Shown piece by piece: positions 52,931 to 63,700 of a stretch of 64,000 bases of DNA. Below the pieces are notes generated by a model. It was not told the DNA's origin, did no database searches, and saw only the letters and a program-made list of their open reading frames with translations. Within the stretch, counting starts at the first letter, position 1. Every line of letters begins with the position of its first letter. The DNA lies in the IMG/VR virus record IMGVR_UViG_3300030106_005234; one strand, 5' to 3'. The position numbers and the translations under genes were made by a program. Source of the DNA: an uncultured virus (IMG/VR IMGVR_UViG_3300030106_005234). Its lineage: Duplodnaviria > Heunggongvirae > Uroviricota > Caudoviricetes.

Positions 52931-53140
52931 TCACTCCATAAATCGTAGTGCCTGGGGAACTAACACCGTGAAAAACAATGCAATGTAAATGCCCCACAAC
53001 ATATGTTCAATTTTATCGAATCGCTTAGAACCACGTTCCAGACTGTTTTCAATAGCTTTGTAACGCAGAACACATTCTCGCTCATGCGCTCTAATTTCAG
53101 TTAGCGCCTCTTGGCCTGTGTCACTCATACTGTCAGCCAT
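52931..53140 (-). CDS. Small coiled-coil + TM protein
   Basis: AHERECVLRY...C-terminal hydrophobic helix. Confidence 0.6.
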   Translation of the reverse strand: MADSMSDTGQEALTEIRAHERECVLRYKAIENSLERGSKRFDKIEHMLWGIYIALFFTVLVPQALRFME

Positions 53141-53336
53141 TTACGACTTCAACAATATTTTCTTTGTCTTCCTCAACAGTTTCTTTTTTAACGGCAGCTT
53201 CTTCAGGCTCAACTATTTGGGCATCAGCTTGCGCCTTGATTTTGAGAATCACAGACCAAGCGCCGGTCTTACTAGGTAGCTCGCCCAGTACGTTAAGAAT
53301 AAAATTTAACTCTTCTTTCTCAAGATTGATGTTCAT
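53133..53336 (-). CDS. Hypothetical protein
   Basis: AGGAG RBS. Confidence 0.6.
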   Translation of the reverse strand: MNINLEKEELNFILNVLGELPSKTGAWSVILKIKAQADAQIVEPEEAAVKKETVEEDKENIVEVVNG

Positions 53337-53361
53337 ATTTTTTCTCTCCTATGGTTTTGCT

Positions 53362-53709
53362 TTAAGTCCAAGGTACGCCTTTTGCATTTGACCCTGCGCT
53401 GTCAATTTGTCCTTGCACCTTTGCTGTTCTGTCAGTCTCAATGCGAGCCTTTGCCTCATTAGCTGTTTCATCATCCTCAACAAGACTGGCATAAACCCAG
53501 CCAAGTACGTCAGACTCTTTTAAGTCCTTGTAAGCGATGAAATCTGAAGCTGAAGGATCAGGTGTAACCCACAACTTACCGCTTTCTTGGGCGCTAAACG
53601 TGGGGTTGCCATCATTTTTAGCGGTCAGGCTCCAATATATTAAGGTAACGCCACCATCAGCGGTGTTACGCATCATGTCGTCAACTGACCACGTTGTGTT
53701 TATTGCCAT
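53362..53709 (-). CDS. Tail fibre-associated protein
   Basis: Directly downstream of the fibre; DFIAYKDLKESDVLGWV...GVPW. Confidence 0.6.
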   Translation of the reverse strand: MAINTTWSVDDMMRNTADGGVTLIYWSLTAKNDGNPTFSAQESGKLWVTPDPSASDFIAYKDLKESDVLGWVYASLVEDDETANEAKARIETDRTAKVQGQIDSAGSNAKGVPWT

Positions 53710-53718
53710 TTTTATCTC

Positions 53719-56700
53719 CTAATTTTCTAAAGTTGCAATTCTGGATTCTAAGTTTTCAATTTTTGCAATTGACTCTTGAAGCGCAGCCGTTAGCAACGGT
53801 ACATATTTGGCATATTCAATTTGCTGATACACAGGATTGCCTTCATCGTCTACCGCATTGGCCTCTCCTTTTACGGCTTCTGGCACAATTCCGTCTGCTT
53901 CATCAGCAATAAATCCTTCAGCGGCAAAACTTGTTCCAACCCATTTATAACTTCGTGGCTTTAGTTGTTTTAGTCGAGTAATTCCATCGTCAATGTCAAC
54001 AATGTTGTCTTTTAGCCTTCGGTCTGACGACGTGTTGTATTCGACTTGCGTACCAGCCGCGTTTAATTGCAGCGTTGCTAAAGCTCCACCATTAACGTAC
54101 CACGCAATGTAACGGCGGTCGTCGCCGGACGTGTATGCGTATTTGTTCGCGTACATCATTGACCAGCCGTTGTCCGCATTATTACTTAGCATGAAGGTGC
54201 CATATGCCGACCCGTCATCTATTCGATACGCCAGTTGCCCAGCACCTGACGTCTGCGTGTAAGGCGTTGCGCTAGTTCCGCCGGAATGCAAAACACCGGC
54301 ATTCTGACCTGCATCTACGAAAAAAGCGTGCGTGGTTGATCCGCTTTCGACCCTAAAATCTACTCCAGTCGCTGATGATTCGTTGACAACAATCTCAGCA
54401 CGTTTCACTTGAAAAATTGAAGAGTTATCGTCGCGCACACTCAGGATGTAATTCGGCGGTGTTCCATCGGCATCGATGATGCAGACGTTACCGTCTGTAT
54501 GACCAACTACGTGAAGTGGCACACCGGGGGTTGTCGTGCCTATTCCCACATCACCACCAGAATCAATACGCATATGCTCCGCATTATTAGTGCGGAAGGA
54601 CATAAAGTTATCTGTGTGATCGTAAATCAAAAGACCTATGTTTGAGTCACCCTCATCTTGAAAGTTTATTGCCGACAGTCCTGATGAGTTTCCAATCAGC
54701 CTCAACCTTGCGTCACCGCCAGAATTAGTCGACTCAAGACTTATTTCTGCATCGGCCGAGGTTGATTTTATGTGTAATAAGTCGTTAGGTGCCGTAGTGC
54801 CTATGCCAACGTTTCCAGTCGGCCCATCAATTGTAAACAACCCGAGCGTGTAATTAGACGTAGACTCTGCGTGTGAAGTAGTTGATTGACGGCTTATCGT
54901 GAAATGATCCGAATCGTTGTAGGGATTTCCGGCGAACCACTCCAAATCTGTATCTTGGTTAAAGTAAAACGAACCAATACCGCGACCATTGCCGTTGCTC
55001 TCAAAAATCAAGCGGCTATGCGTAAAGCCAGATCCCCCGTCTGCACCAATGTGGATGGTACTGTCCACGTCCAACACATAAGCAGGTGCTGTCGTGCCTA
55101 TTCCCACAGTTCCGTTGTCAGCAAGTGTCAATCTCGTACCAGTGCCACCGCCTTCATCCCAATTATCAATAAACTCAAGTTTTCCACCGTCAGCTTTGAT
55201 GTCCCAATAATTATTGAGCGTGTCACTTGAACCAGATTCTGCAAGACGTAGCGTTGCGTTGCCGCTTGCGCTAGATGTCTCTGTGTCTCTTATGGTTAGT
55301 ACTGGGTCGGCATCGCGGATTTCAAAAACAGTGTCTGGCGTACTGGTATTAATGCCGACACGGTTAGTGGAAGCATCAACGAAGAACATATTGGCTTGAC
55401 CATCCGATTCGACACGGAAATCAACACTTTTGGAATCCTCATTGATAACAGTTTCAGTACTATCTATTCCAATACGCTCAACCATATTGCCATCGAGTTT
55501 AGTTTCTATCCGTAGTTGACCGTCTTCTGAACCGTCAGTTGGGTCACTAATTATCGAATCAATATGAGCATATGCTGTTTCGGTACCACCAGCATCTTCT
55601 GCTAAGAATCTAATTCTTCCAGTGAAATCACCCGCAGTGGGGCTTGCTGAGTTTCTAAACAAATCAAGACGCGGCCCAATGGAGCCGTCATCATCTGTAG
55701 ATATAAGCCTGACTTGGGTTAAATTATCCGCAGTGGTAAATGTTGCTGTTGTTCCAATAATTCCTGCGTTAAAAGTAGCTTCACCTGCTGCACTTGTATC
55801 CAGCGTGAGCATGTTGACACTTGAACCCCCATCGTTTCCGCGCAGGATAATGTCGCTATCTTGTTTGGCGGCTTGAATGTAGTTGGCCGAACCATCGTGG
55901 TAGATAAGAAAGTCTGCATCTGCACCCAACTGAACTTGTTTAGAATCTCCAAGTGCTATGTGACTATTGAAAATAGCCTTACCTTCTGCTGACATATCTA
56001 AGGTAAGAGCGGTAATAGTTGAACCACCATCATTACCTTTGAAGACAATATCACCGTTTGAAATACTTGAGTGAATGTTCAGACTATTGCTTAATAAATT
56101 AAATTTTCCATACTCCGAACCTGAAACTTGTAAACTTATATCAGCGCCACCTGCGTCTAAATTGATATCACCAGCAACATCCAGCGTTAAATCGCCAGAG
56201 GATAGATCAATCTCCGTGCCATCAATCGTGATGTTGTCTACTACCACGCCAGCATTAGCAGTTAAAACACCAGTCACTCCTAGTGTCTCGCCTATGGTGG
56301 CTAAACCAGAAACTGTAAGATCATCGCCAACTGTCAGATCGTCATCGATAAACAGATCAGGAACTGACAAATCTTGGAACGCATCGACCATCGCTGCGCC
56401 AGATCCTGCACCGTCACTGTAGATGGCTTTGGTCTGACCATTGGCAATAGTGACACTCGCACCAGAGCCTTGGCTGATGATGATGCTCTGTGAACCGCTA
56501 GTTGCATTCTCTATGAACCACAACTTACTGACGGTATTAGGACCGATGGTTATGGTGCAAGTCGAGTCTAGGGTGCCTGTGTATTTCAGAAACAAAGAAC
56601 GACCGGGATCGGTGAGACCCTCGGCAATCGTAGTGCCATGAGTGTCTGCGTTTGTGGCAATCGCTTCGGTGCCAAAGGAAAATGCCTCACCTATCAACTC

Positions 56701-56790
56701 AAGGTTCGTGTTCGTAGTGGTTCCCCACGTGCCGGAACCTTCTCCGGTGGCCAACTCGGTCAAAACGAGATCGTTTGTGTAAACTGCCAT
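53719..56790 (-). CDS. Tail fibre with VGIGTTxP repeats and C-terminal peptidase-S74-like chaperone
   Basis: Repeated VGIGTT motifs; SSDRRLKDNI...LKPRSYKW...GFIADE. Confidence 0.88.
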   Translation of the reverse strand: MAVYTNDLVLTELATGEGSGTWGTTTNTNLELIGEAFSFGTEAIATNADTHGTTIAEGLTDPGRSLFLKYTGTLDSTCTITIGPNTVSKLWFIENATSGSQSIIISQGSGASVTIANGQTKAIYSDGAGSGAAMVDAFQDLSVPDLFIDDDLTVGDDLTVSGLATIGETLGVTGVLTANAGVVVDNITIDGTEIDLSSGDLTLDVAGDINLDAGGADISLQVSGSEYGKFNLLSNSLNIHSSISNGDIVFKGNDGGSTITALTLDMSAEGKAIFNSHIALGDSKQVQLGADADFLIYHDGSANYIQAAKQDSDIILRGNDGGSSVNMLTLDTSAAGEATFNAGIIGTTATFTTADNLTQVRLISTDDDGSIGPRLDLFRNSASPTAGDFTGRIRFLAEDAGGTETAYAHIDSIISDPTDGSEDGQLRIETKLDGNMVERIGIDSTETVINEDSKSVDFRVESDGQANMFFVDASTNRVGINTSTPDTVFEIRDADPVLTIRDTETSSASGNATLRLAESGSSDTLNNYWDIKADGGKLEFIDNWDEGGGTGTRLTLADNGTVGIGTTAPAYVLDVDSTIHIGADGGSGFTHSRLIFESNGNGRGIGSFYFNQDTDLEWFAGNPYNDSDHFTISRQSTTSHAESTSNYTLGLFTIDGPTGNVGIGTTAPNDLLHIKSTSADAEISLESTNSGGDARLRLIGNSSGLSAINFQDEGDSNIGLLIYDHTDNFMSFRTNNAEHMRIDSGGDVGIGTTTPGVPLHVVGHTDGNVCIIDADGTPPNYILSVRDDNSSIFQVKRAEIVVNESSATGVDFRVESGSTTHAFFVDAGQNAGVLHSGGTSATPYTQTSGAGQLAYRIDDGSAYGTFMLSNNADNGWSMMYANKYAYTSGDDRRYIAWYVNGGALATLQLNAAGTQVEYNTSSDRRLKDNIVDIDDGITRLKQLKPRSYKWVGTSFAAEGFIADEADGIVPEAVKGEANAVDDEGNPVYQQIEYAKYVPLLTAALQESIAKIENLESRIATLEN

Positions 56791-56804
56791 TTTTTGTCCT
56801 CGCG

Positions 56805-57461
56805 TTACGCGGCTGAGCGCCCTGCATCAAGTTCGGTATAGCCGGGCGACTGACTGGTGCTGATTTCCGAGAAACTGGGCGTCTGACTGTCATTCACAGT
56901 TGAAAAACTTGGCGACTGACTGGTGCTCACCGCAGAAAAGCTCGGGGTCTGGCTATCGTTAATCGTAGCATAGTCTGGAGTTTGCCCTGTATCAATCTGG
57001 CCGTAGACGTTCGTTGTGCCGACCGCAGCGGTGATTTCGACCCCTGGCAGTTGCACAACTGCGCCAGCAACCGCTTGCGCTGCGCCGATATCCGTTGTGA
57101 TCTGTTGTCCATCGACCGCAATGTTGTTGAAACCGCGTGTGGTGACAGAGCCAACGCCTGCCGAGGCTGCAACGCCTGCGGGAGACGCAGTAGCCTTGGC
57201 CACCGTGGTGACAGATCCAACCGCAGCCGTTGCGCTGACGCCTGTGCTGATTTGCGTGATCGCTTTTGCAACGATCTGGATGGCGCCGGTAGATGCGGTA
57301 GCTGCCTGCCCCGTAGGTACGACATTGGCTTTGGCAACAACCGATACTGAGCCAACTGATAGGGTGGCGCCGAGACCTGTAGGCTCGACGGGCAGAGAGG
57401 TGCCCCATGCGCCCTCACCCCATGTGCCTCGGCCCCATCCTGTAAGCGTTTCGTCGGACAT
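56805..57461 (-). CDS. Putative virion/tail-associated protein
   Basis: Homologue of 4642..5292. Confidence 0.7.
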   Translation of the reverse strand: MSDETLTGWGRGTWGEGAWGTSLPVEPTGLGATLSVGSVSVVAKANVVPTGQAATASTGAIQIVAKAITQISTGVSATAAVGSVTTVAKATASPAGVAASAGVGSVTTRGFNNIAVDGQQITTDIGAAQAVAGAVVQLPGVEITAAVGTTNVYGQIDTGQTPDYATINDSQTPSFSAVSTSQSPSFSTVNDSQTPSFSEISTSQSPGYTELDAGRSAA

Positions 57462-57596
57462 TTAGTCGCTTTGGGCGCTTTTCAGATTTTGAACAGCGCG
57501 GGTCATGATGTCCCGTACCGAATCCGTCATGAAATCCGTGGCGAGTGAGTCCTCAAGGATGCGGATGGTTTCAGCAATTTTTTCTTTGGCCGTCAT
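57462..57596 (-). CDS. Small hypothetical protein (44 aa)
   Basis: MTAKEKIAETIRILEDSLATDFMTDSVRDIMTRAVQNLKSAQSD; AGGAG RBS; homologue of 5292..5432. Confidence 0.65.
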   Translation of the reverse strand: MTAKEKIAETIRILEDSLATDFMTDSVRDIMTRAVQNLKSAQSD

Positions 57597-57629
57597 CGGT
57601 GGCTCCTGTTGAAGCCACCATCATATCCG

Positions 57630-58421
57630 TCAGGCTGCGCTGGGCAAACCCTGAAATTTGCGCTTCAAGATTCGCTGCACTTTTGAGTGCGTGAGCGGCG
57701 GGATGTCGTGCAAGCTGTTGACTTGGTTTGCGATTTTGCGAGGGCCGAGACCGCGCTTGTTGAGACGGTAGATTGTTTTGAGCACCGCCTGCTCTTCTGG
57801 CACCTCTTCAAGATACTTGCGCGTCTTGCTGCCAGTCTTGTGCTCGACGTGGCGGTAGCCATACGGAGCTGAGCCACCAATGGCGTAGCCGCGAGATGCC
57901 CAGTCGAGTTTGCCGGCGGCAAAGCGATCCTTGATCGTCGCGTGCTCGATCTCGGCAACCGCCGACAACACCATCAGCATGATCTGGTTCGCCATGTGGT
58001 TCATATCAAATTTAGCATCCAAGCCCTTGGTGCGTGCGGCATCTGGATAGACAATCGGCATCTCGCCAAACTGCTCACAGAAAAACAGGGTGATCCCAAT
58101 CTCTTGCAACTTGGGAATCAAGGCAAGCAGGTCGGAGCTGGAGCGTGACAGTCGGTCGAGCCGGGTGCAAACCACCACATCGTGCTCGTCAATCACGTCA
58201 GTCATGTCTCGACTGGCAGGACGATCCAGCACCGCGTGAGTACCAGAGACGCCCTCGTCCGCGAAGAACTGATCAACCTCGCGATTGTATTTCTCATGCA
58301 CAAATTCGCTGATCTGCTGCATCTGCGTTTCGAGCGAGATGCCCGACTTTACCTGCTCGTCTGTGGACACACGCACATATCCGTAGATGTTGTTGATCTG
58401 CCGTAATGGGTTGCCGCTCAT
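57630..58421 (-). CDS. Serine recombinase (resolvase family)
   Basis: YGYVRVST, DEGVSG, RLDRLSRS; homologue of 5477..6274. Confidence 0.92.
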   Translation of the reverse strand: MSGNPLRQINNIYGYVRVSTDEQVKSGISLETQMQQISEFVHEKYNREVDQFFADEGVSGTHAVLDRPASRDMTDVIDEHDVVVCTRLDRLSRSSSDLLALIPKLQEIGITLFFCEQFGEMPIVYPDAARTKGLDAKFDMNHMANQIMLMVLSAVAEIEHATIKDRFAAGKLDWASRGYAIGGSAPYGYRHVEHKTGSKTRKYLEEVPEEQAVLKTIYRLNKRGLGPRKIANQVNSLHDIPPLTHSKVQRILKRKFQGLPSAA

Positions 58422-58696
58422 TACTCGACCCTCCACATACGAATTGCGCCTTTGTCCTCGCTTGTTCTTTGAGCTATCTTCACCCCTTGTTTTCTAGCCA
58501 TTGCCTTGAAAACATTGCCCTCTTTCGAGTATCGCTGTGCTTTGTTGCCCTCGCCCCATATTGTGTCCACAGCAAACTCGACGCTATCTCCAATCTCCAT
58601 AACATTCAAAACGTCCTGAAACTCTTGGTGTCTTGGGGTTCGCATGTGGCTTCGGTTTTCGGGCATCGGTATGCCTTTATCAATCTTCAACATCAC
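58421..58696 (-). CDS. Hypothetical protein
   Basis: IDKGIPMP...MEIGDSVEF...IRMWRVE; similar to 10652..10975. Confidence 0.7.
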   Translation of the reverse strand: MMLKIDKGIPMPENRSHMRTPRHQEFQDVLNVMEIGDSVEFAVDTIWGEGNKAQRYSKEGNVFKAMARKQGVKIAQRTSEDKGAIRMWRVE

Positions 58697-58926
58697 TTCA
58701 CTCCACCTTTGTAGCCGTAATCGGCCATCTCTTCGTGCAGCCGCTGCCAGTTGATATCCAGCGGCATGTTGTCGGTGCTGCGGTCAGCGAACATCACCTG
58801 ACCATCCTTGACCAGCTCCACGCCAAACACTGCCTTAGGCATCCCATCGTACCGAATGTCGATGTCGTGCTTGAGGCAGGTGCGGCGCACCCGGTTATAG
58901 AAAATCTTCTTTTCCTGTGCAGTCAT
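58693..58926 (-). CDS. Hypothetical protein
   Basis: Homologue of 6521..6751. Confidence 0.8.
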   Translation of the reverse strand: MTAQEKKIFYNRVRRTCLKHDIDIRYDGMPKAVFGVELVKDGQVMFADRSTDNMPLDINWQRLHEEMADYGYKGGVK

Positions 58927-59204
58927 TACCCTGCCTCCTTCTGTAAAAATTCGTCGTAGATCTCCTTCACCGCATCGGTTGCGCCAAGCTCGCGAGCTTG
59001 CTGTGCAAGATATTTGCCCACCTCTGTGATCTTGAAAGCCTTATAAGTGAAGCTCCACAGCTCCTCTTCCGTCATCACTGCGCCGCGCCGAAATAGCTCA
59101 GGCAAAACCATTGCCTCGATGGGGGTCAGGTTGTGTTTGAGGGCAAACTTGTTCAGGTCGGCCATGAATAATTGCTCGTTAGAAGTTTTTTCGTCTTTGG
59201 TCAT
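58926..59204 (-). CDS. Hypothetical protein
   Basis: Start MTKDEK downstream of the promoter. Confidence 0.6.
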   Translation of the reverse strand: MTKDEKTSNEQLFMADLNKFALKHNLTPIEAMVLPELFRRGAVMTEEELWSFTYKAFKITEVGKYLAQQARELGATDAVKEIYDEFLQKEAG

Positions 59205-59231
59205 CACTTGATCTCTCAACAGGAAAATCAA

Positions 59232-59322
59232 AGAATACCGCATCGCGTGTCGATGTGCAAGTGTTAATTCAACATGCACATAAATATGGAGCTTTGCATA
59301 TGGACACGGCATGTGTTAAAAT
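59232..59322. promoter_or_regulatory. Divergent sigma70-like promoters with GACACG
   Basis: Minus: TTGCAC-17-TATTCT (59260-59232). Plus: TTGCAT-17-TAAAAT (59294-59322). Confidence 0.7.
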
Positions 59323-59351
59323 GTTTGTGCGTCACCACAAAGGAGAACGTG

Positions 59352-59549
59352 ATGAAGACCGAAATAAAAAACCCCACCAAGCGCAAAATTCGCAAACGAG
59401 GGTTTACACCGATACGCTATTATCATGACTCTGGCATCCACCACGGGTGGATCTACAAAGTTGGCACAAAATACAGCCACGCTCGCTTCCCGAGTTTGGG
59501 CAACGTGCGAATTAGCAAAGATGACATGCGTTTTGTGAGGGAGCTGTAA
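59352..59549 (+). CDS. Small basic hypothetical protein
   Basis: AGGAG RBS; homologue of 7121..7318. Confidence 0.8.
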   Translation: MKTEIKNPTKRKIRKRGFTPIRYYHDSGIHHGWIYKVGTKYSHARFPSLGNVRISKDDMRFVREL

Positions 59550-60055
59550 TGACTATACGTTCAAAGCGCGGCCCCAACGTGACACCCGACGAGCACAAGC
59601 TCGTTGTGAAGTTTGCAAAGCAGTGCCTGAAAGAAATCTGCAAGAAACAATATGAGATCGAGTATCAAGGCAAGCCTGTCGTATACGCCGAGGCTCTCAA
59701 GCGGATTCACGTACGGACCAAGTATCGTAATCAACGCAGCTACGGCTCCTACGATCACATCTCTATCGATATGAAACGCTATCGACGGAGCCTTACCTCA
59801 TTCACTGAGTACCGCTCGTTTGCTGATGATCCTGTTATAGGCACCATCAGCAACTGCGATGACCGCGAGCTTCTGCTGAAGTGCTTGGTCGCTCATGAGG
59901 TGGCGCACCACATTCAAATGCGGTACGGCCTTTTTACTCGTTATCTCAAAAAGACATATCGCAAGCCGCATGGCGATGCGTTCAAGACGATCTATCGTGA
60001 GTTGCGGCGCACATTGGTCAACCCTTACATCGAACCAATGCAGGAGGTGGCGTGA
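59549..60055 (+). CDS. SprT-like zinc metallopeptidase
   Basis: LVAHEVAHH (HExxH) plus PHGDAFK. Confidence 0.75.
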   Translation: MTIRSKRGPNVTPDEHKLVVKFAKQCLKEICKKQYEIEYQGKPVVYAEALKRIHVRTKYRNQRSYGSYDHISIDMKRYRRSLTSFTEYRSFADDPVIGTISNCDDRELLLKCLVAHEVAHHIQMRYGLFTRYLKKTYRKPHGDAFKTIYRELRRTLVNPYIEPMQEVA

Positions 60056-60155
60056 TGACCCTGCTGAAAACACAATACGTTCAGTTCACCAACGAAGAGA
60101 TCGAGATGCTGTCTACGCTTATGCGTAGCAGCTCCGACGTTTATGGAGGATCAAG

Positions 60156-60371
60156 ATGGAAAAGCTGATTAAGCTGCTGCGAAACCACGACTGGTATTAC
60201 CAGTATTCAGATGACCCCGGCGTGTGGCAGCGTGGGACGAAACAACGGGCCGAGATCAACGCCGAGGCTAAGCGCCTTGGCAGGCCGGAGCTGGTCGAAC
60301 AAGCGTTCGAGGAATACAAGGCTGGGGATCTTGATTGGTGGCTGGCCGAGCTAGAAGAAATCCATGGATAA
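60156..60371 (+). CDS. Hypothetical protein
   Basis: GGAGG RBS; homologue of 13183..13422. Confidence 0.8.
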   Translation: MEKLIKLLRNHDWYYQYSDDPGVWQRGTKQRAEINAEAKRLGRPELVEQAFEEYKAGDLDWWLAELEEIHG

Positions 60372-60555
60372 GTATTTTTCATCGCTCGACCAAGCCGCTA
60401 TTCTCATGGTCCATGAAATTGACTCACCAAAGGCGCAGAAATTGTTTCGGCACGTTCTGCAACTAGAGCATGACGCTGGACCTGAAGCCGACCACATCAT
60501 CCGCACTTGGAAGCGAGAACGAGGGTTCGATGAAGAATCTAACGATCACGTTTGA
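60364..60555 (+). CDS. Hypothetical protein
   Basis: Overlapping coupled ORF. Confidence 0.55.
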   Translation: MDKYFSSLDQAAILMVHEIDSPKAQKLFRHVLQLEHDAGPEADHIIRTWKRERGFDEESNDHV

Positions 60556-60700
60556 GACTTATGTCCGCGACATTCACGACATGGATGAGCTGCATGACTT
60601 GATCCAAGATTTGATGGATCAATTTGTGTACGAGGACGACCAGGTTACGGTGAAGATTACTGCTGAAATTGCGGCCAACCTTACAGCGCCACATCCATAG
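60530..60700 (+). CDS. Small acidic hypothetical protein
   Basis: GAGG RBS; MKNLTITFET. Confidence 0.5.
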   Translation: MKNLTITFETYVRDIHDMDELHDLIQDLMDQFVYEDDQVTVKITAEIAANLTAPHP

Positions 60701-63700
60701 CACTTTTGATGGCCTCACGTTCCGACTCGCCAAAGATATCTTCGTATAGATACTTGCCGGCTTCATACCCCGGAAGCGTTCTTAAAAAAGCCCTTGCCAT
60801 GGGCAGTTGAGGCTGAACGGCCTCTACAATTGGCCTTGTTAGTTGCGCTATACCCTCTTGAGCCTTCCGGCTCATCTCCCTCCCCTCGGGTGTTGACGGC
60901 TCATAATCTAATGCTTCGGTCACTTTTTGCTTTACCGCTCTTGCCCTTGCCGCCGACAACTCATCCATCATGTCTAACGTATCACGATCTGCCCCGTACA
61001 GTTTAGCGGCCAATCTGCGCGGCAAATCTGTTGTGTACGACCCAAAACCTGCCGCACCTCCGACCGCCGGAGAATACATGGCTGAAAGCGCATCAAGCCC
61101 TGCTTCAACACCGGCAAGATTTTTTTTCATTTCTTTTACTTTGGCTTGAGTTTCCGGCGTCATTGTCGCTGCGCCAACACCTACGCCAGCCGGAATCAAT
61201 ACTGGTGGTGCGCTTGCGAGTATGTTGGCAGAGTCTTTTTGAGCAGGATCAAACTTCGCATTGATTGAGCGAATCAGATTCTCGTTACCGGGGAAGACGA
61301 TGGTGTGCATTTTCCCTGCACCCATACCTGCAAACTTTTCGCCCGCCGTATTGTCAACGACGCCCTTGTAGCCTAAATCAACCAGCACGTCCTGCATGAT
61401 CTGGCCGTTACTCAAATACTCACCAGTTTCAAAGTCTGGGTTCAAATAGCCGCGAACAATATCATTGATCGTAGTAAAATCTATTTGACCGTCTTCCATG
61501 ACGGACTCAATTACATCGTCAACCGCTTCCTCTCTTGCGCCTGCCTTTCTAAGGCTGTATGCAAGTTCTGCGGTTTGGCTTTCATAGTCAGTGTTTTCGA
61601 GTTCGTTAGCGTACTCGAATACAGCGTCCTCATAATCATTATCGCTTTCAAAGTCAGATCGGTTAATTTCCTCTCTGGCGGATTCGTAATACTGATCTCG
61701 ATCAATCTTAATAACGGTTTTGTTTTTGCCGCCTATCACTGCGAAATCTTTGTTATTTACAAAAACCGGGTAAATAACCCCATCATTCGGGCCTTTTAAG
61801 ATAGTTGTGGCCGCGAGTTCTACTGCTGTTGTAAGCGCGTTAAGGTCTCGCTTTTTATAAAACTTATCGACCAGCCCCTTAATCTTGGCAACTACTTTTG
61901 GATCTCCTATCTTGTCCCAAAATTCGGGATTAAGCTGCGCTTTCAGCATCGAATCGCCTTTCAAACTTTCTTCTATTTTTTCAGCAAGATCACTTATACG
62001 CACGGCCAAGTCTGGCCCCTTGCCTGCATAGTTTCTTGAAGCATCGCTTGGAGAAACTGTGAAATAAGTGCCTTTTCCAAAATCATTGTCTGCATAGAGG
62101 CTGGGGGCAAACTCTGTGATATTAAACGTGGAGCCATGGTACAAGATTTGATCGGTGTCCATATCCATTCGATCTGCCTTCAGCATTTGCTCGGCAAATT
62201 GTTTTAAGGCACCAGCCTCAACCTCTTGTGGGGTCACCAATCCAGCCGATAGCAACGTAAACGTCAAAGCACCGCCGGTCATTCCGGTGATTGAATTTAC
62301 GTCTACGCCGCGAGCCTCCATACGACGCAAGATGTCTTCAGTGATCGTGCCGCCATAAGGCTTCATCTGTAGCGCCCGAATCTCTTTCTTTGTTGGGCTG
62401 GCTGGGTCTTTTACTTTTTTCTGAGCTTTTCCAAACCGAGCTTCTGGCAACAAGTCAAAAGCCGTTGCCGCGCCTGCCTTCCTGAGCACGCCGAGACCAG
62501 TGCCGGGTACTGCATAAGGATACGAGGGGTGATCAGACTCAAATATATCGATGTCGGCAAAAATGCGGCCTACGTTCTGAATGCCTGCGTCTCTGGCCGT
62601 GAGCTGCGTGGGGTCAGCATTGATCAGTCGCGCCGCGCCGATGGACAAGCCGCCTTTATTGCGGAACTCCACGTCCATCATGTTCATGAGTTCTTTCCGA
62701 ACAGAGTCCGGGGTGTTACGCCAAACTTCCACCGAGCTTGGATCATCTATGCCCTTCCACCCTTCAATCTTTCGGCCAGCGCCAACCCGCTTACCTTTGA
62801 CCATTTTGCCTGTGGTTTCATAAGACCTTATAGCCTTGTCCAAAGCCTTCTTCGTCGTCTTGGTCATATTGGCTGCGGCATAACCGAGCATCAATTCACC
62901 TGTCGTTGTAGAAAAGTCTCCGCCTGTTGGGGCCATGCGCCACGGGATGTACAGCGGGTCTTTGCCAGACTTGGATTTTAAATCCCTGGCTAACTGTAAA
63001 ATTTCACGGGACGGTTTCTCTGCTGATGACCACACCGCGCTGGGGTTGTTGAACATAAAGTCCTGACCGCCCGGCAGGTAGATAGGATCGACTAGCTCAA
63101 CTCGATTGATGCTTTTCACGTCGCCACCGGCACGGGTTCTGTCGGTCATCGAGGTGACAAAGTCTTCACCCTCAAGTTCTGATAGCGCCAGCCGAGGCAT
63201 AGGCCGCGTGTAATTGCTGCCAATGATCTCAGCCTCAAGGTTGCGGAGCATTTCCTGCTCCCTTTTCCTTGGATCAAACCGTGGGTCGAAATCACCTTTG
63301 ATGATTAGGTCGGCAATACCGCCGCCTCTGGCAAATTTGCGTATCTGCCCACCTTCCGCTTTCAACAAATCTGGCGAATCAAGGTCTTCAAACTCAGCAT
63401 AGATTGAGCGAATATCGGAAGGCTCGAAAACGGCGAAGGTCGAGTATTCGGGCGATTCTATATCCGCCTTTGTCGCGGTGCTTTCTTTCAAAAACATTGA
63501 GTCATAGCCCTTGGTCTTTAGAAACCTTACGACCTCTGGGTTCTCATACAGCAAATAGTTTCCCGACTTGTAGCCATCTCTAAGTTGCGGAAGGTCTTGG
63601 CTAAACGGAGAATCCATTCTTTCTTTCCCAAACAGCTCTTCCAGCACCTCGTAATCTTTATGCGGCACAAATGGTTTTTTGGCTCTTGTGACCACGGGGT

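Noticed and set aside
53719..56790. Diversity-generating retroelement acting on the fibres
   Set aside because: No reverse transcriptase and no adenine-specific TR/VR pair seen.
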